DNA of 62,976 bases, the filler included, from Lenisia limosa (Eukaryota; Protista; Breviatea): the NCBI GenBank assembly GCA_001655205.1. It is 13 parts of 13 records of this genome, joined end to end, with 100 filler letters (N's around TTAATTAATTAA, not from the genome) between each part and the next. Parts side by side here need not be neighbours in the genome. Positions count along the whole stretch, not along the records: positions 10,158 to 29,089 come from LPNZ01009740.1; 12 more parts are not named here. One strand, given 5' to 3'. A program made the position numbers and the translations under genes. This document shows, piece by piece, positions 13,101 through 24,771 of this stretch. Under the pieces are notes generated by a model. It was not told the origin of the DNA. It worked only from the letters and a program-made list of their open reading frames with translations, and made no database searches. Positions within the stretch are counted from its first letter, which is position 1. Each line of letters begins with the position of its first letter.

Positions 13101-16100
13101 ACCAGGACAAGTGGTCTGGTACCGTCGGCGGCGCCGTGAAGGTTTGCTAAGATCTGCATTATGCGTTTACTGTATTATTTTAATATGCAATGTAGGATAC
13201 ATATCATATAATACTACACCATCATCATGGCATTCTCCGGCCTGGGCTATGTTTTGTTATCAATCCTCAGCCAACNNNNNNNNNNNNNNNNNNNNNNNNN
13301 NNNNNNNNNNNNNNNNNNNNNNNNNNNNNNNNNNNNNNNNNNNNNNNNNNNNNNNNNNNNNNNTTGTGACCGCATTAGGTTGGCCACATTGCTTGTAGTG
13401 GAGAGGTCAGCTTCGACGCCGACCACATCACCCAGTTCATCATCGCCTTCGCCATCAAGAGCAAGCATCTCGACATGGACGTAAGCCTTCCCTAAACCTT
13501 GCTTCCTCCAGCCTGTCTACACTTAACTAAACACTTCAGGTCCGCTTCGAGCGCAACCCCAACCAGCCTGGCCGCAACAACAAGGGCACTGCTGACGTTG
13601 AGGTCCGCAAGCTCGGTCCCATTACCGACTTCAAGGGCCACTTTGAGTTCGAGACCAACGACGTGGGGGGGGGGTATGCTGTATTAAATACAGTTTAGGG
13701 TATTGGTTGGGTATGATATTTCGGGGATATGAAAATACTATTTATAAGCGGAAGGGGTGAACCGTTTGATACCGTATCGCAATCATAAAGCCTCCTTTTA
13801 ACGTTCTTAGAAAATGGACGATTGGATTGCTCGTGCTGAGATCCAGGACCTCCGCATTGGCCTTGGCAGACACTCACTCATCAAGCTCTCAAAATCATCG
13901 GTTTGCGCCCCCCCCCCCCCNNNNNNNNNNNNNNNNNNNNNNNNNNNNNNNNNNNNNNNNNNNNNNNNNNNNNNNNNNNNNNNNNNNNNNNNNNNNNNNN
14001 NNNNNNNNNNNNNNNNNNNNNNNNNNNNNNNNNNNNNNNNNNNNNNNNNNNNNTTGAGGATTTATCGAGAAATTCGGGGGGTTTTTTGAACCAAAGTAAA
14101 GCCATAATTATCACCAAAGATGATACATTCTTCGTTTCCTTTTCATTGTCAAGGTGACCATTGAGCATCACCCTGACGGCGTGGCCCTCATCACCATTGT
14201 CGATATGGTTGCTCCCCGTCTCCCCCTCACCTTCAAAATCCTCGTCATCGACCACGGCTTCCGTGACCTCTCCATCACCCTTGAGTACCAGGGTACTAGC
14301 CTCATGGACTGTCTCGACGGCATTGCCTCGGCCGCCACGCCCGGTGCCGGATCCAAGTCCCTCGACAAGCTTCCCGGCCTTCACTCGGCCATGACCAATA
14401 GCGTCAAGAAGATCGAGCTTGAGGACATGGGTATCATCATCGACATCGGCTACGACAACAGTGAAGATGCTGAGAAGCACGACATCAACAGCCTGCACCC
14501 GACTGTTGAGGCCTATATTGACGTCAAGGTGAGAACCTGCTCCCATTGATTGCTCATGCCTTTTGCTCTTATGTTTTCCATCCTTTTACGATGATCATTC
14601 ATTTTTGCTTTTGTTGATTGATTACCATGCTTGTGCTTTCTACCCCCTGGTGATTACGTTTTCTGACGTTCAGGTCTTCGGAATGGAAGCTTCTCTCGCT
14701 CTTAAGATCGCCAAGGTGAGGGGCTGCTTTGCTTGAAATGTCACCCTGTGTTTTGCAACAAATGCTGCCTTTTATTTTCACGAAATCTTTCCAAATATCT
14801 CAAACAAAACGAAATCCCACCCCCTCCCCAGGCTGGCGGCAGCACCACAGACTGGACTCTTGCCATTGCCTTCCGTCTCCATGGAGACATCAAAAACTCG
14901 TGGGTGTGGTCTGCTCTTTATGCCATGCGCTATTAACTTGATTCAAAGTTAAGACACTCAAGCAACTCTATTGACGTACCAGGTCTCACGGCGTGATGAA
15001 GATCTTCAGCAAGGTCGGTAACAGTCTTGACTTCTACGTCGCCTTTGCCACTGAGGACACGTACCTCCACATCGGCGGGCGCGACATCGAGGTTACCCAG
15101 GTATGCACGCAATGCCTTGAAAATCGGAAATTTCAGGCTACAGAAACTGGGGTACTATGTATTCGCTTCTTTTGGGCCTGTTGTGTTTTAAGCAGCAGTA
15201 TTTGGCGAATTGCGTTTCACCGTCCAGGGCTTCACGCTTGCCGCCTCCCTGACCAAGGACAACCACAACGTTGCCGACGGCTCCGACAGATTAACTGGCA
15301 ACGGCGGTGCTGACACCAACTCAATGAAGGGTATGATTGCTGGTCGCTAAGGACTAGATTATTACTTCCTTTTTTATGCCCTTTTTATGCCCTTTTTTCT
15401 ACTGCTTGGATGGAGGTCTCACACCCACAGTCAACTTGGACCACACCAACGAGCAGACCGGCCTTATGGCGGTCGTCAACATCGCCAGCCACACCGAGCT
15501 CAACATCTACTGCGAGCTCATCATGAAGGCCACGGACGCCAAGCACCCCGGCCTCAAGTTCATGTCAATGAGGTTCCTCCTCAACATCCACGAGACTTCC
15601 GTCGGAATTGGTAGGCTCGGTTTCTGTATCATAATTCCATTTGTCGAGGACTGATTTCGGACCAAATTGCAATACTTGTCACACATTTGCGTCTGTTGCC
15701 CTCACACCCCAGGACTTGCTACCGACATGATGGCGACCTTCAAGGGCGGCCCACAAGGCATCCAGTCCTTCAAGCTCATCATGGCTGTCATGTTTGACCT
15801 CTCTCCCCGCGGCATCATCTTGGACATGGGTGCTGAGCTCACCAAACTCCGTACGCTGCAGTGATTGAAATCTCCATTGCCTCTTCACATCTGTCATTAT
15901 GAGTCCGAAATCTTGATTTTCTCGGCATTTTCTTACTCCGCAGCTGGAGGATCAGAGTTCCTTGAGAACCCCCTTGGAATCTCCAAGCACATTGCCCTTC
16001 GCGTTCCTCTCCTCTTCGAGATCGGCCTGAACCTCGCTGGTATGTTTTGACCCTCATCATTTTCACTTAGGATGACTTTTTCTTCCTTCTTCCACCCAAT

Positions 16101-19100
16101 GGTAAAACAAACAGATTTTTTTTTAGCTCCTTATCCAGCATTTCTTCTCTGACCTTTCAGCTGAGGGATTCCCGGTCCGGTTCGGCTTCATTGCCGACTT
16201 TGTCATCTATGATGGTCACAGCGAAGACCTTCCCCTACCCACTGGTGAGCTTCAGGCCGGCTATGTTGTTCGCTGCGCACTGTATATAATATGCCGCTGG
16301 CTGACTCTCTTTGCCCTTTATTGCGTATCCATTTTGACCACAACCCTCTAACCCCCAGGCCCCCACACGCCCACCCTGGACGACATGGTTGATGGAACAA
16401 TGGAGGCCGGCGCGGCCGTATTTGCCGACTTCATCGATGACGTGTACGCTCTCGAGGCCTGGGTCCTCAAGTTCAACCTCAACGGTCTCATGCAGGCCTT
16501 CGGCTTCGACAAGTACTTCGGCAAGCTCGGCAAGGTCCTCTTCGACTGCAAACTTGACCTGCTCCACATCCGCATCAATCTTAGCACCACCACCGTCCGC
16601 ATCCGCAACCTTGACAACAGCGGAATTGCCCACGAGATCGCCCCCGGTCTTCTCTTCGACATGCGCGGCCTGGACCTTTGGGAGGTCATTCGCGCCGACC
16701 AGCTGACAATTGAAATGGTTCCCAACAAGGGCGTCACGGGCATTGCTGTCATGTACCCCTTCCACATTGGCAACGTGTTCTCCATCGGAGACTACCGCGG
16801 CGGCAAATGCTCACACGATCACGGCCCGGTCCTTGACATTGCCCTCACCACCAAGAGCCAGCACCTCATTGCCGAGGGCTGCACCAAGTTCCTCGGAGCC
16901 GAGCTTGACGCCTGGCTCCAGGTCGGCGTATCAGGCCTCAAGGCCAACTTCACCCTGGACCTGTGGCACAAGTTCAAGCTCGAGGCCGGTGTCACTATCG
17001 TCACCAAGCCTCCGTCAGCCGAAATCTACGCCGGATTCAAGGGCGACATTGTGCAGATGATCATCGACGCCATCAAGGATGCAATCAAGGCTATGGCCCA
17101 GGTCCTTCATAAGGAGTTCGAGACCCTCAAGGCAGCCGCTGATAAGGCCCGCCGCTTCCTTGCTGAGAAGCAGCATGCCATGGACATGGCTCGCAAGAAG
17201 TTCGACGACGGTGTCGGCAAAGTCATTCGTCGCGTCGAGAGTGCTCGGTCAAAGGTCGATCATTTGTCACACAAGTGTAGCTCTATCCACACTAGCGTAA
17301 GAGGGTTCTGGCTTAGCTATCTCATAAAAGGAGCTATAACGCCGTGTTCAACACACTCTGATATGTACCCACTCCCTGTTATCTGATAATACTAAAATAA
17401 TTTGTTTTCGTTGTATTCTTAAATAAAGTAGTAAAATTGTTTTTGCCATTACTTTTGTTGTTACTATATGTTGTTGGTATTTCTAACGCGGCACAGTGGC
17501 GCCATCCCGGTCGCTACATCAAGAAGGCTGCATGCAAGGTTGCCCTCTTCGCTGCCAAGGTCGCCCTCAAGGCTGTCGAGATTGTCCTCAAGGGTGTCAA
17601 GGGTGCCGGAGATGCTCTCCTGCGCACCGCGTCCGCCGCCCTGGGTGCGGCATCCTCCGCCTTCAAGCTGGCCGGCCAGGTCCTCAACGGCATCGAGAAG
17701 GTTGTCGACGCTCTGCCCGGACTCATTACATCCGTCTTGGAGTTCCTCAAGAACATCATCAGTATCGACGAGTTTTACATCAAGGACAAGCTCTCGGCCA
17801 ACGCCAACAAACTCTCGGCCCACATTGCTGGTAAGCTTTTCGGAAAGCACTTCAGCAAGACCTTCGGCTTCACGCTTGACTTCAAGAACTTCGTCAAGAG
17901 CATTGTCAACTGGGTTGTTGATGAGTTCAAACACATCGCCCACGGCCATCTCCGTCGTGACGATCTCATGATCGGCGACCATCTTGACATTGGAGGCTTC
18001 ATCATCCCCCGTGACGACCTTCCAACCGGTGCCCTCGACACCGAGCTTCTTTGTGATGAGATCTCCCGCTGTGTCTACCCCAAGGCCCAGATCATTGATG
18101 CCGGAAGCAACTTTGACGGCAACGACGTCTCCAACACCCCTGCCAAGCGCCTGGAGGGCCATTTGTGCCCCACTATCTTCACCGTGGCCAACGAGCACTT
18201 CTTCCTCGACAACAACAGCTTCAACGGATCGCTTCCGGTCGAAGTCGGCGAGGGCGCTCTTGGCGACATCATCAAGACGCTACACTTCGGAGGCAACAGC
18301 TTCCAAGGCGACATTCCTGTTGTCTGGGCCAAGAACCTGCCGAACGTTGAGTGGCTTGACATCTCGGGCAATGATATTGACGGCTCCCTCGAGCCCCTCA
18401 AGAACATGACCAACCTTGAGTACCTCAACGTTGCCTTCACCAACCTCAACCACAGTGAGACCATCCATGTTGCTGAGACCCTTGCTGAGCTGACCAAGCT
18501 CCGCGTCCTTGACCTTCGCGGCACGCCCATGCACACCGCCGACAACCTCCTTGTCGACTCACCTGCCGAAACCGCGTCGCTCCAGGCTGGTATCGCCATT
18601 GACCGCCACCTTGAGTTCTTCAGCGGCGCTTGTGACAACAGCGACCGTGTTGAAGGCTTCCTTGGCGCGCCGTGCTCCAACCAGCCTGCTGTTGAGGCCC
18701 TCGAAATGGGCCTCCGAGCCTTCGCCCTCAACTACATTGCCGGTGACATGGACGAGGCCGACAACGTCAACGCCACCGTCTTGCGCATGGCCGGCTACGA
18801 CAATGGAATCACCCTGGTGACAATGCGTGTTGACGCCCCCGCCGCCGCCCGCATCAACTTTGATCATCTTGCCGAAGACGTCCGTGCCATGCCCGGCCTG
18901 GTCGTTGCTAAGGTCCCCGAGTACCACGAAGATGACGATGATGACGAGGCGATTCTCAACCCCCCACTCACTGTTTTCGGCGAAACCACTCTGACCATGC
19001 CGGTGCACGACACCAACGTCCAGACTGCCACAGTGCTGGAGACCCTTAGTATTGTCCGGGCCGAGGCCGTCGGAGTTGTCTCACCCGGCCGCATGGGTGT

Positions 19101-22100
19101 CCGTGGTGAAGTCTTCTGCCCCCACGGATGGAGACGCTACGAGGTATCCGTTCCTCCCGCACACCAGGAGTTCGACTACGATCGCAACTATACCGACGCT
19201 GAGCTTGACGCCTATAACCCCACGGGCTACTCCATCGGGCCTCTTGACGACGCTGCCATGGCCCAGACCGTGCCAATGTGCTACATCTCTGTCGACTGCC
19301 GTGAGGAGTGCTACGATGCTGTCCACGAGGCCTCCACCGTCTGCACTGCCTGGCTCTACGACACCGCGTCCGCCCTGGACTGCGACCTGGCTATCCAGAA
19401 CACTCATGCCATCTGCCCGGCCGCCGGCACCGCCAACTGCACCCTTCCCAGTCTCGAGCCCTTCATGCGTCATCTTGAGAACAGCGTTGCCGCAATCAAG
19501 CCACGCATCAACAGCGGCTCGACTCGCGTCGCCATCGCCCGTGCCGACAACGTTGTGGGTCTCTACGACACTTCGACTGATCTTCATGATCTGTCGTCTC
19601 CCCCCGCCCACGTGACCAGTCGCGAGTGGCTCTGTATGCGCGGCGACGCCGATTGTGGCGCTCTCTTTGAGATCACTGTTNNNNNNNNNNNNNNNNNNNN
19701 NNNNNNNNNNNNNNNNNNNNNNNNNNNNNNNNNNNNNNNNNNGCCAAACACGCCGATAATGGCGTCTACGCCATCACGATGACCACCCATGTCGGCTCGC
19801 GCTCCGCCACCGCCGTCATGAACCTCGAGGTTGTCGGCGACTATGCTGTGGCCCTGGAGTGGACCAACAGAGGCCCGGCCCGTTTTGTCTCCGAGGGCGA
19901 AGGTATCGACCTTTCCGTCGACGGTCCTGCCGCCGTGAAGTGGACCAACCCCTCAGCTTCCGGCTTCAGCTGTGGCAGACTCAACCTTGACAGCGCCGAC
20001 GTCACGTCCACGTTCACCCTGGGCAGCGACCTCCTCCAGCTCTCCGTCCGGCCCGCCGCCCTCAAGCCGGGATGCTCCTACGTCTTCCGCGCCACTGCGC
20101 TTGACGCCCGTGGACTGGCCACCGCTCGCTTTGTCGAGACCGAAATCACGGTTGTTTCCAAGCCCATTGTCGGCACCGTCAAGGCCGACCCCGTCCGCAG
20201 CCCGGCCCGGCTTGGCGTCGCCGTGTCCGTACGTCTCACAGCTGAGGACTGGACCTGCACTGAGGCCGCACAGTGGACCGTCGGCTCGCCTCTGATGTAC
20301 AAGTTCGCTGTCCGCCATCCCGACGGCTCCGTGACGGCCATTTCCGCCGCCACCGCCCACAATGAGCTTGTCGTGGCCCTCCCCGCCACTCGTGTTGCCA
20401 CCACTTTCGTTGTCTCCGCAATCGACCGGGCCGGAAATGAGGTATCCAAGACCTTCACCCTCCGCCACCCTCTTGCCACTGCCGCCGCCGGCTCCTCAAA
20501 CCCTGCCGACTTCATTGCCTCGGCCATCAGCAACAACCGCGTCCTGACCTCTCCACGTGACTGGGAGCTTCCTGCCGCGCTTAGCGACGCTGCTATGGCC
20601 GTTGCCCTTCTGCAGAAGGAAGATTTCGTCAACTGCAACGCCATGATTGACTCCATTAATACCCTTGTTGAACGCACTATCACCCTCACCGGCCGCCTCC
20701 ACTCCCGCACCGCACCCCACGCCGGGTCTGCCATCGCCTCTATCGTTCAACGTGCTGCCCTCTGCTCGGAAGCCCCGCAGAGCCTCAGCGCCCTAGTCTA
20801 CGCTGCTGGGGCGGACAACTCCTACTCTCCATCCACGCTCAGCCACGCTGCTCAACTTGGCGCTGACGTGCTTGCGATGGCGGACGCTGTGGCCAACCTT
20901 GACACCACTCACGACGCGCGCGTAGCCCTTCCCACTGTTCTGCGCACGGTTGCAACACGCCATCTTGCCGCCACTGCCGCTGAGTCGCCTCTCAACCAGC
21001 TCAAGTCCTCCGTGACTGCCAGCAACGGTCAGGCATCGTACCAGGTTGCGCGTGGCTCCAAGGCCGCCTTCACCGATAAGTTTGAGGGGCTTGCGTTGAT
21101 AGCGTTGTAATCCTTTGTGAACATGATGGGGATGGCTTCGACCTTTGTTTTATTTTCTATCTTTGTCTTGGCTCTTTAATCTTTGTTCCCTAACCCCCCA
21201 GCACCGTGATCACCCTGGCCACCCACCCCGCCCTGTCCTCCTCCGAATGCATCNNNNNNNNNNNNNNNNNNNNNNNNNNNNNNNNNNNNNNNNNNNNNNN
21301 NNNNNNNNNNNNNNNNNNNNNNNNNNNNNNNNNNNNNNNNNNNNNNNNNNNNNNNNNNNNNNNNNNNNNNNNNNNACTCACAGCAACGTGACGTCGAAGT
21401 TCGTTACTGCACACGACACCTTCTGCCTCGGAGCGGTCAACTCCGAGCCCATCAAGGTGGAGACTGTCGATGACATCGTGGTCGCTGAAGTGACTTTTGC
21501 CGACGCGGACGACTGCATGTTCTGGGATATTGATATTGGTCACTGGAGCAGTGAAGGCCTCGTGTCAGCCGACGCTACTGAGAACAACGGCGTGACCTGC
21601 AGGTGGAGCCATTTGACNNNNNNNNNNNNNNNNNNNNNNNNNNNNNNNNNNNNNNNNNNNNNNNNNNNNNNNNNNNNNNNNNNNNNNNNNNNNNNNNNNN
21701 NNNNNNNNNNNNNNNNNNNNNNNNNNNNNNAAGCCATAATAAAGCTCTTTAATAACCCTTTGGCATAAAAAGGAGTAATGGCGGAAACTGTACTTTTTGT
21801 TGATATTCTTTTCTCCATTTCTAGACCGATCATTGCTGACCATCCTCAGAGCCCCCGCACTAACACATCATCGCTGTGGAGCATCATTGCCCTTGTTGCC
21901 GCCACCCTTCTCGGACTTGGCGTTGTTGGTGCCTCCGTGTTCTTCGCATTCAGAGTATGCCCGATCAAAGATCATTCTTTTGTAGTCTCTGAACATATTA
22001 GTTCTTTATCCAAGATTAGACTTTTACTTCTTGAACTTGAGCCGTGATTGTTTTCCCTCGTTACTGACCGTCTAGTTCAAGGGACCGGTTGCGTCGGAAG

Positions 22101-22230
22101 CTGATTCCCGTCAGGCTTACACCGAAATCACCGACGAAGTAAGCTTTGGACCTTTTCGTTGTGCCACGTTCTTGTCAGTTCACCTCTCACCCGACAGTCG
22201 CCCACCATGAGCCTTAACCAAGACTACTAA
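10160..22230 (+). CDS. Giant single-pass surface protein: tandem beta-rich repeats, helical hairpin, LRR, REJ, GAIN/GPS, one TM, short tail (5' truncated)
   Basis: About 21 visible exons (roughly 9.5 kb coding, >3,100 aa) with uniform C-ending codon bias; most junctions join in phase by GT-AG introns and a few fall in N gaps. The frame is open from the contig edge. LRRs at ~18190-18535 (LHFGGNSFQGDIP; WLDISGNDIDGSL). REJ-like region ~19490-20470 (REWLC...C; LSVRPAALKPGCSYVFRAT; LTAEDW...PLMYKF). GPS at 21514-21617 (CMFWD...WSSEGL...TCRWSHLT). TM LWSIIALVAATLLGLGVVGASVFFAF. Tail RFKGPVASEADSRQAYTEITDESPTMSLNQDY*. Confidence 0.85.
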
Positions 22231-22516
22231 TTGGACCGCCTTGGAGGTTGTTCCTTAATATATAGTATTTGCACAATGTATATCTCTCACTATTAGAACC
22301 AAATTAGAACAAGTTTTGTGACATGTGCGCAATATTATTATATACGATATGAGGAAAACTGGTCAGTGGTTTTTGAACTGAAAAAAAACAAAATAAATTC
22401 GTCTGGTGCCCCATACTCAGGTTTTGTGAAGAATGTATTTTTTGGTGGCGCAGGAGGATCAGGATTGAAGAGAAATATATTATATTTATTTATTTATTAA
22501 AAAAGAAGAGAGTAAT

Positions 22517-24617
22517 ATGGCACAGAACAGTGAAGCAAAGCGGCCAAGTTCCTCAGAAATCGCTCCTGGCAAGCGAACCAAGACCGTTGACCCAAGTTTA
22601 ATCGTTAAAAAGAAGGGTGCTAAGAAGAATGACCCTGTTCCTGTTCTGAAAACCGTGGTTCAGGAAGAAAAGCCGGAGGAGGAAGACTTCGAAATTGAGG
22701 TAGGCTCTGTACTAACCCCTCCCCCTTGACTTTCAATAGAATGATGTTGTCCCTGTTGATTTCCGTGTTCGGGATCTGGCAGAAGGAGATTACCATGTGA
22801 TCAAGAACCTTGTCATCAACCTTGCTGACGGCATTGAGTTTGACTCTGCCGAGCTTACTTCAAAGGTGTGTGGTTCGTAGATTATAAGAACTGTAATAAT
22901 TGGTGGTTTTTGACTTTTTCGGACAAAGGAAATCGCTCCAATAAGTATGGATAATTGACCGATTTGCTCAATGATTTCCCAAGGAAAATCGGTCAAGACT
23001 TATCCCGGTCAGTTTATATATATATCAACTACCACATGCTTTTGGGCTAATTTAATGTTATATATTGGTTTTAAATTGACACGGACAGGTTGTGGAACAA
23101 ATTGATGTTGGTGCGGCTCTGTCCGTTGGCGGGGACAATAGTGTGGAGGGAGAAGACACCTTCGGCTTCATCTCGGTTATGAGTCTCAAGGAGCACAAGG
23201 ATCTCGCGTCGATCCAGTTTTTGGTCCGCCATATCGCCGCGCGTACCAAACATTGCCCAAAGTTCTCCAAAGCCCTTCACAATGCTCTCCAAAAGGACAC
23301 TGGTGAGCGTGAAAAAGCAACAGTAGTGATTACAATAAAGCAGGCTCTCAAATACGAGGAAAATTTTCATAAATTGAACATGAAACACCATACTTTGTTC
23401 ACCCAAAATAGGTTTCCTTAAAAAAAAAAAACCTCACTTCATAGGTCTAGTTTTGAATGAGCGTGCTGTGAACACCCCATATCAAGTAAGCTGCATGGGC
23501 TAATTGAACACCCCATATCAAGTAAGCTGCATGGGCTAATTGCTCCCCAAATCCTTTAATTAACATGTTTAGGTTTCTTTGGTTTGTTGTTTTTCTGTTT
23601 CTTATGCACCCCTTTCTAATGTTGCTTATTTAAATTTATCACACAATAAATAGTTTTGTGATCTGTGTAGGTTGGTGCCATGCTTCAAGTTGCTCTGAGA
23701 GATGATATAAAGTGGATGCATGATAACGAGGTTTGCAAGAAGTGTGATATGTTGTCAGTATAGTATACATCTCCTCACATCTTAGCCCAATGACCCATGG
23801 CACTTCACCCACTACCTCGTGATTTCCAAGGGATTCACTGTGTCGGTATGTGGATTGTCTCCTCCTCCATCAAAATATAACCATTTAAAGAAGACTTCCG
23901 TTGATACTTTACATTCATCCCCACCCTGGTGCATATTGTGCAACACTTTGTTACCAGAGAGAGTATTTCAATATCATCTTATTATATTAGTGTACTCCCC
24001 CCTCCCCTTAACAGCAATATTCTTCATCGAACTTTCCTTGGTTTTNNNNNNNNNNNNNNNNNNNNNNNNNNNNNNNNNNNNNNNNNNNNNNNNNNNNNNN
24101 NNNNNNNNNNNNNNNNNNNNNNNNNNNNNCTTGGAAGTTTCGAGTTTTACAAGGGTGAAGACAAGGCTCTTTTAAGTGTACGCTGAAAATTACCCATGTC
24201 TTTATCACCCGTCTCTATCTCTTTATCACCCACCTTTATCACGTCTTGGTTCTCATGTTTGAAGGCGGCGTCAGCTTGGACCACTTACCCCGTTCCCAAT
24301 TCGGCACACTCTGTCCTTGTTGAGCCCGAAAATGGGGTAGGAAGAGAGGCTTGTCGAATTCTGAGGATGTCAATATACTATATAAATACTAGTGAACAGA
24401 AGCATGAAAAAGTTATTTTGTTTTATTTATTCAAATCCAAGAGAACAACAAGCTGTATCAAGTTCTTTGAGAGCTGACCTCCTAGGAGAAGCCTTCAAAA
24501 GACTCAAAAGACAATGAGGTGATTGTCTCCGAACACCGAATTGTTGCGTTGGTGAGTGCCAAGGCCTGGACTGACTCCCTGAAACAAATTTCTGAGGAGT
24601 GTCAATATGGTATTTAA
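22517..24617 (+). CDS. BCP1: BCP1/BCCIP family protein (multi-exon)
   Basis: Spliced exons give VPVDFRVRDLAEGDYHVIKNL...FDSAELTSKVVEQIDVGA, EDTFGFISVMSL, GLVLNERAVNTPYQVGAML, FYKGEDKALL and HRIVALVSAKAWTDSLKQI; these are the conserved blocks of BCCIP/Bcp1, in the expected order. Confidence 0.88.
23469..23540 (+). repeat. Exact 36-bp tandem duplication spanning an exon/intron junction of BCP1
   Basis: tgaacaccccatatcaagtaagctgcatgggctaat occurs twice (23469-23504, 23505-23540); each copy contains CAA|gtaagc. Confidence 0.95.
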
Positions 24618-24771
24618 TGTTTATTTTGTTATTATTTTTCTAATGGATTGATCCCCCCCCCCCCTCATTTTTTGATCACATTTCTTCGGAGAAAACATCT
24701 TGAAATGGACTATATCAGAAAACAAACGAATTAACATGCTAAAACCTAGACAAAAAGAACAAAATTGATAT

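Noticed and set aside
17437-17496. Apparent signal peptide MFLPLLLLLLYVVGISNAA suggesting a separate gene starts here
   Set aside because: It uses a TTG start in AT-rich sequence with a ctaac branch site and cacag acceptor; a phase-0 intron 17297-17496 joins IHTS to WRHPG and completes the Cys-bracketed hairpin.
10301-20750. Many long antisense or alternate-frame ORFs over the giant gene (e.g. 10301-11521, 11894-12553, 17464-18198)
   Set aside because: Shadow ORFs expected from strong C-ending codon bias; no splice logic or motifs.
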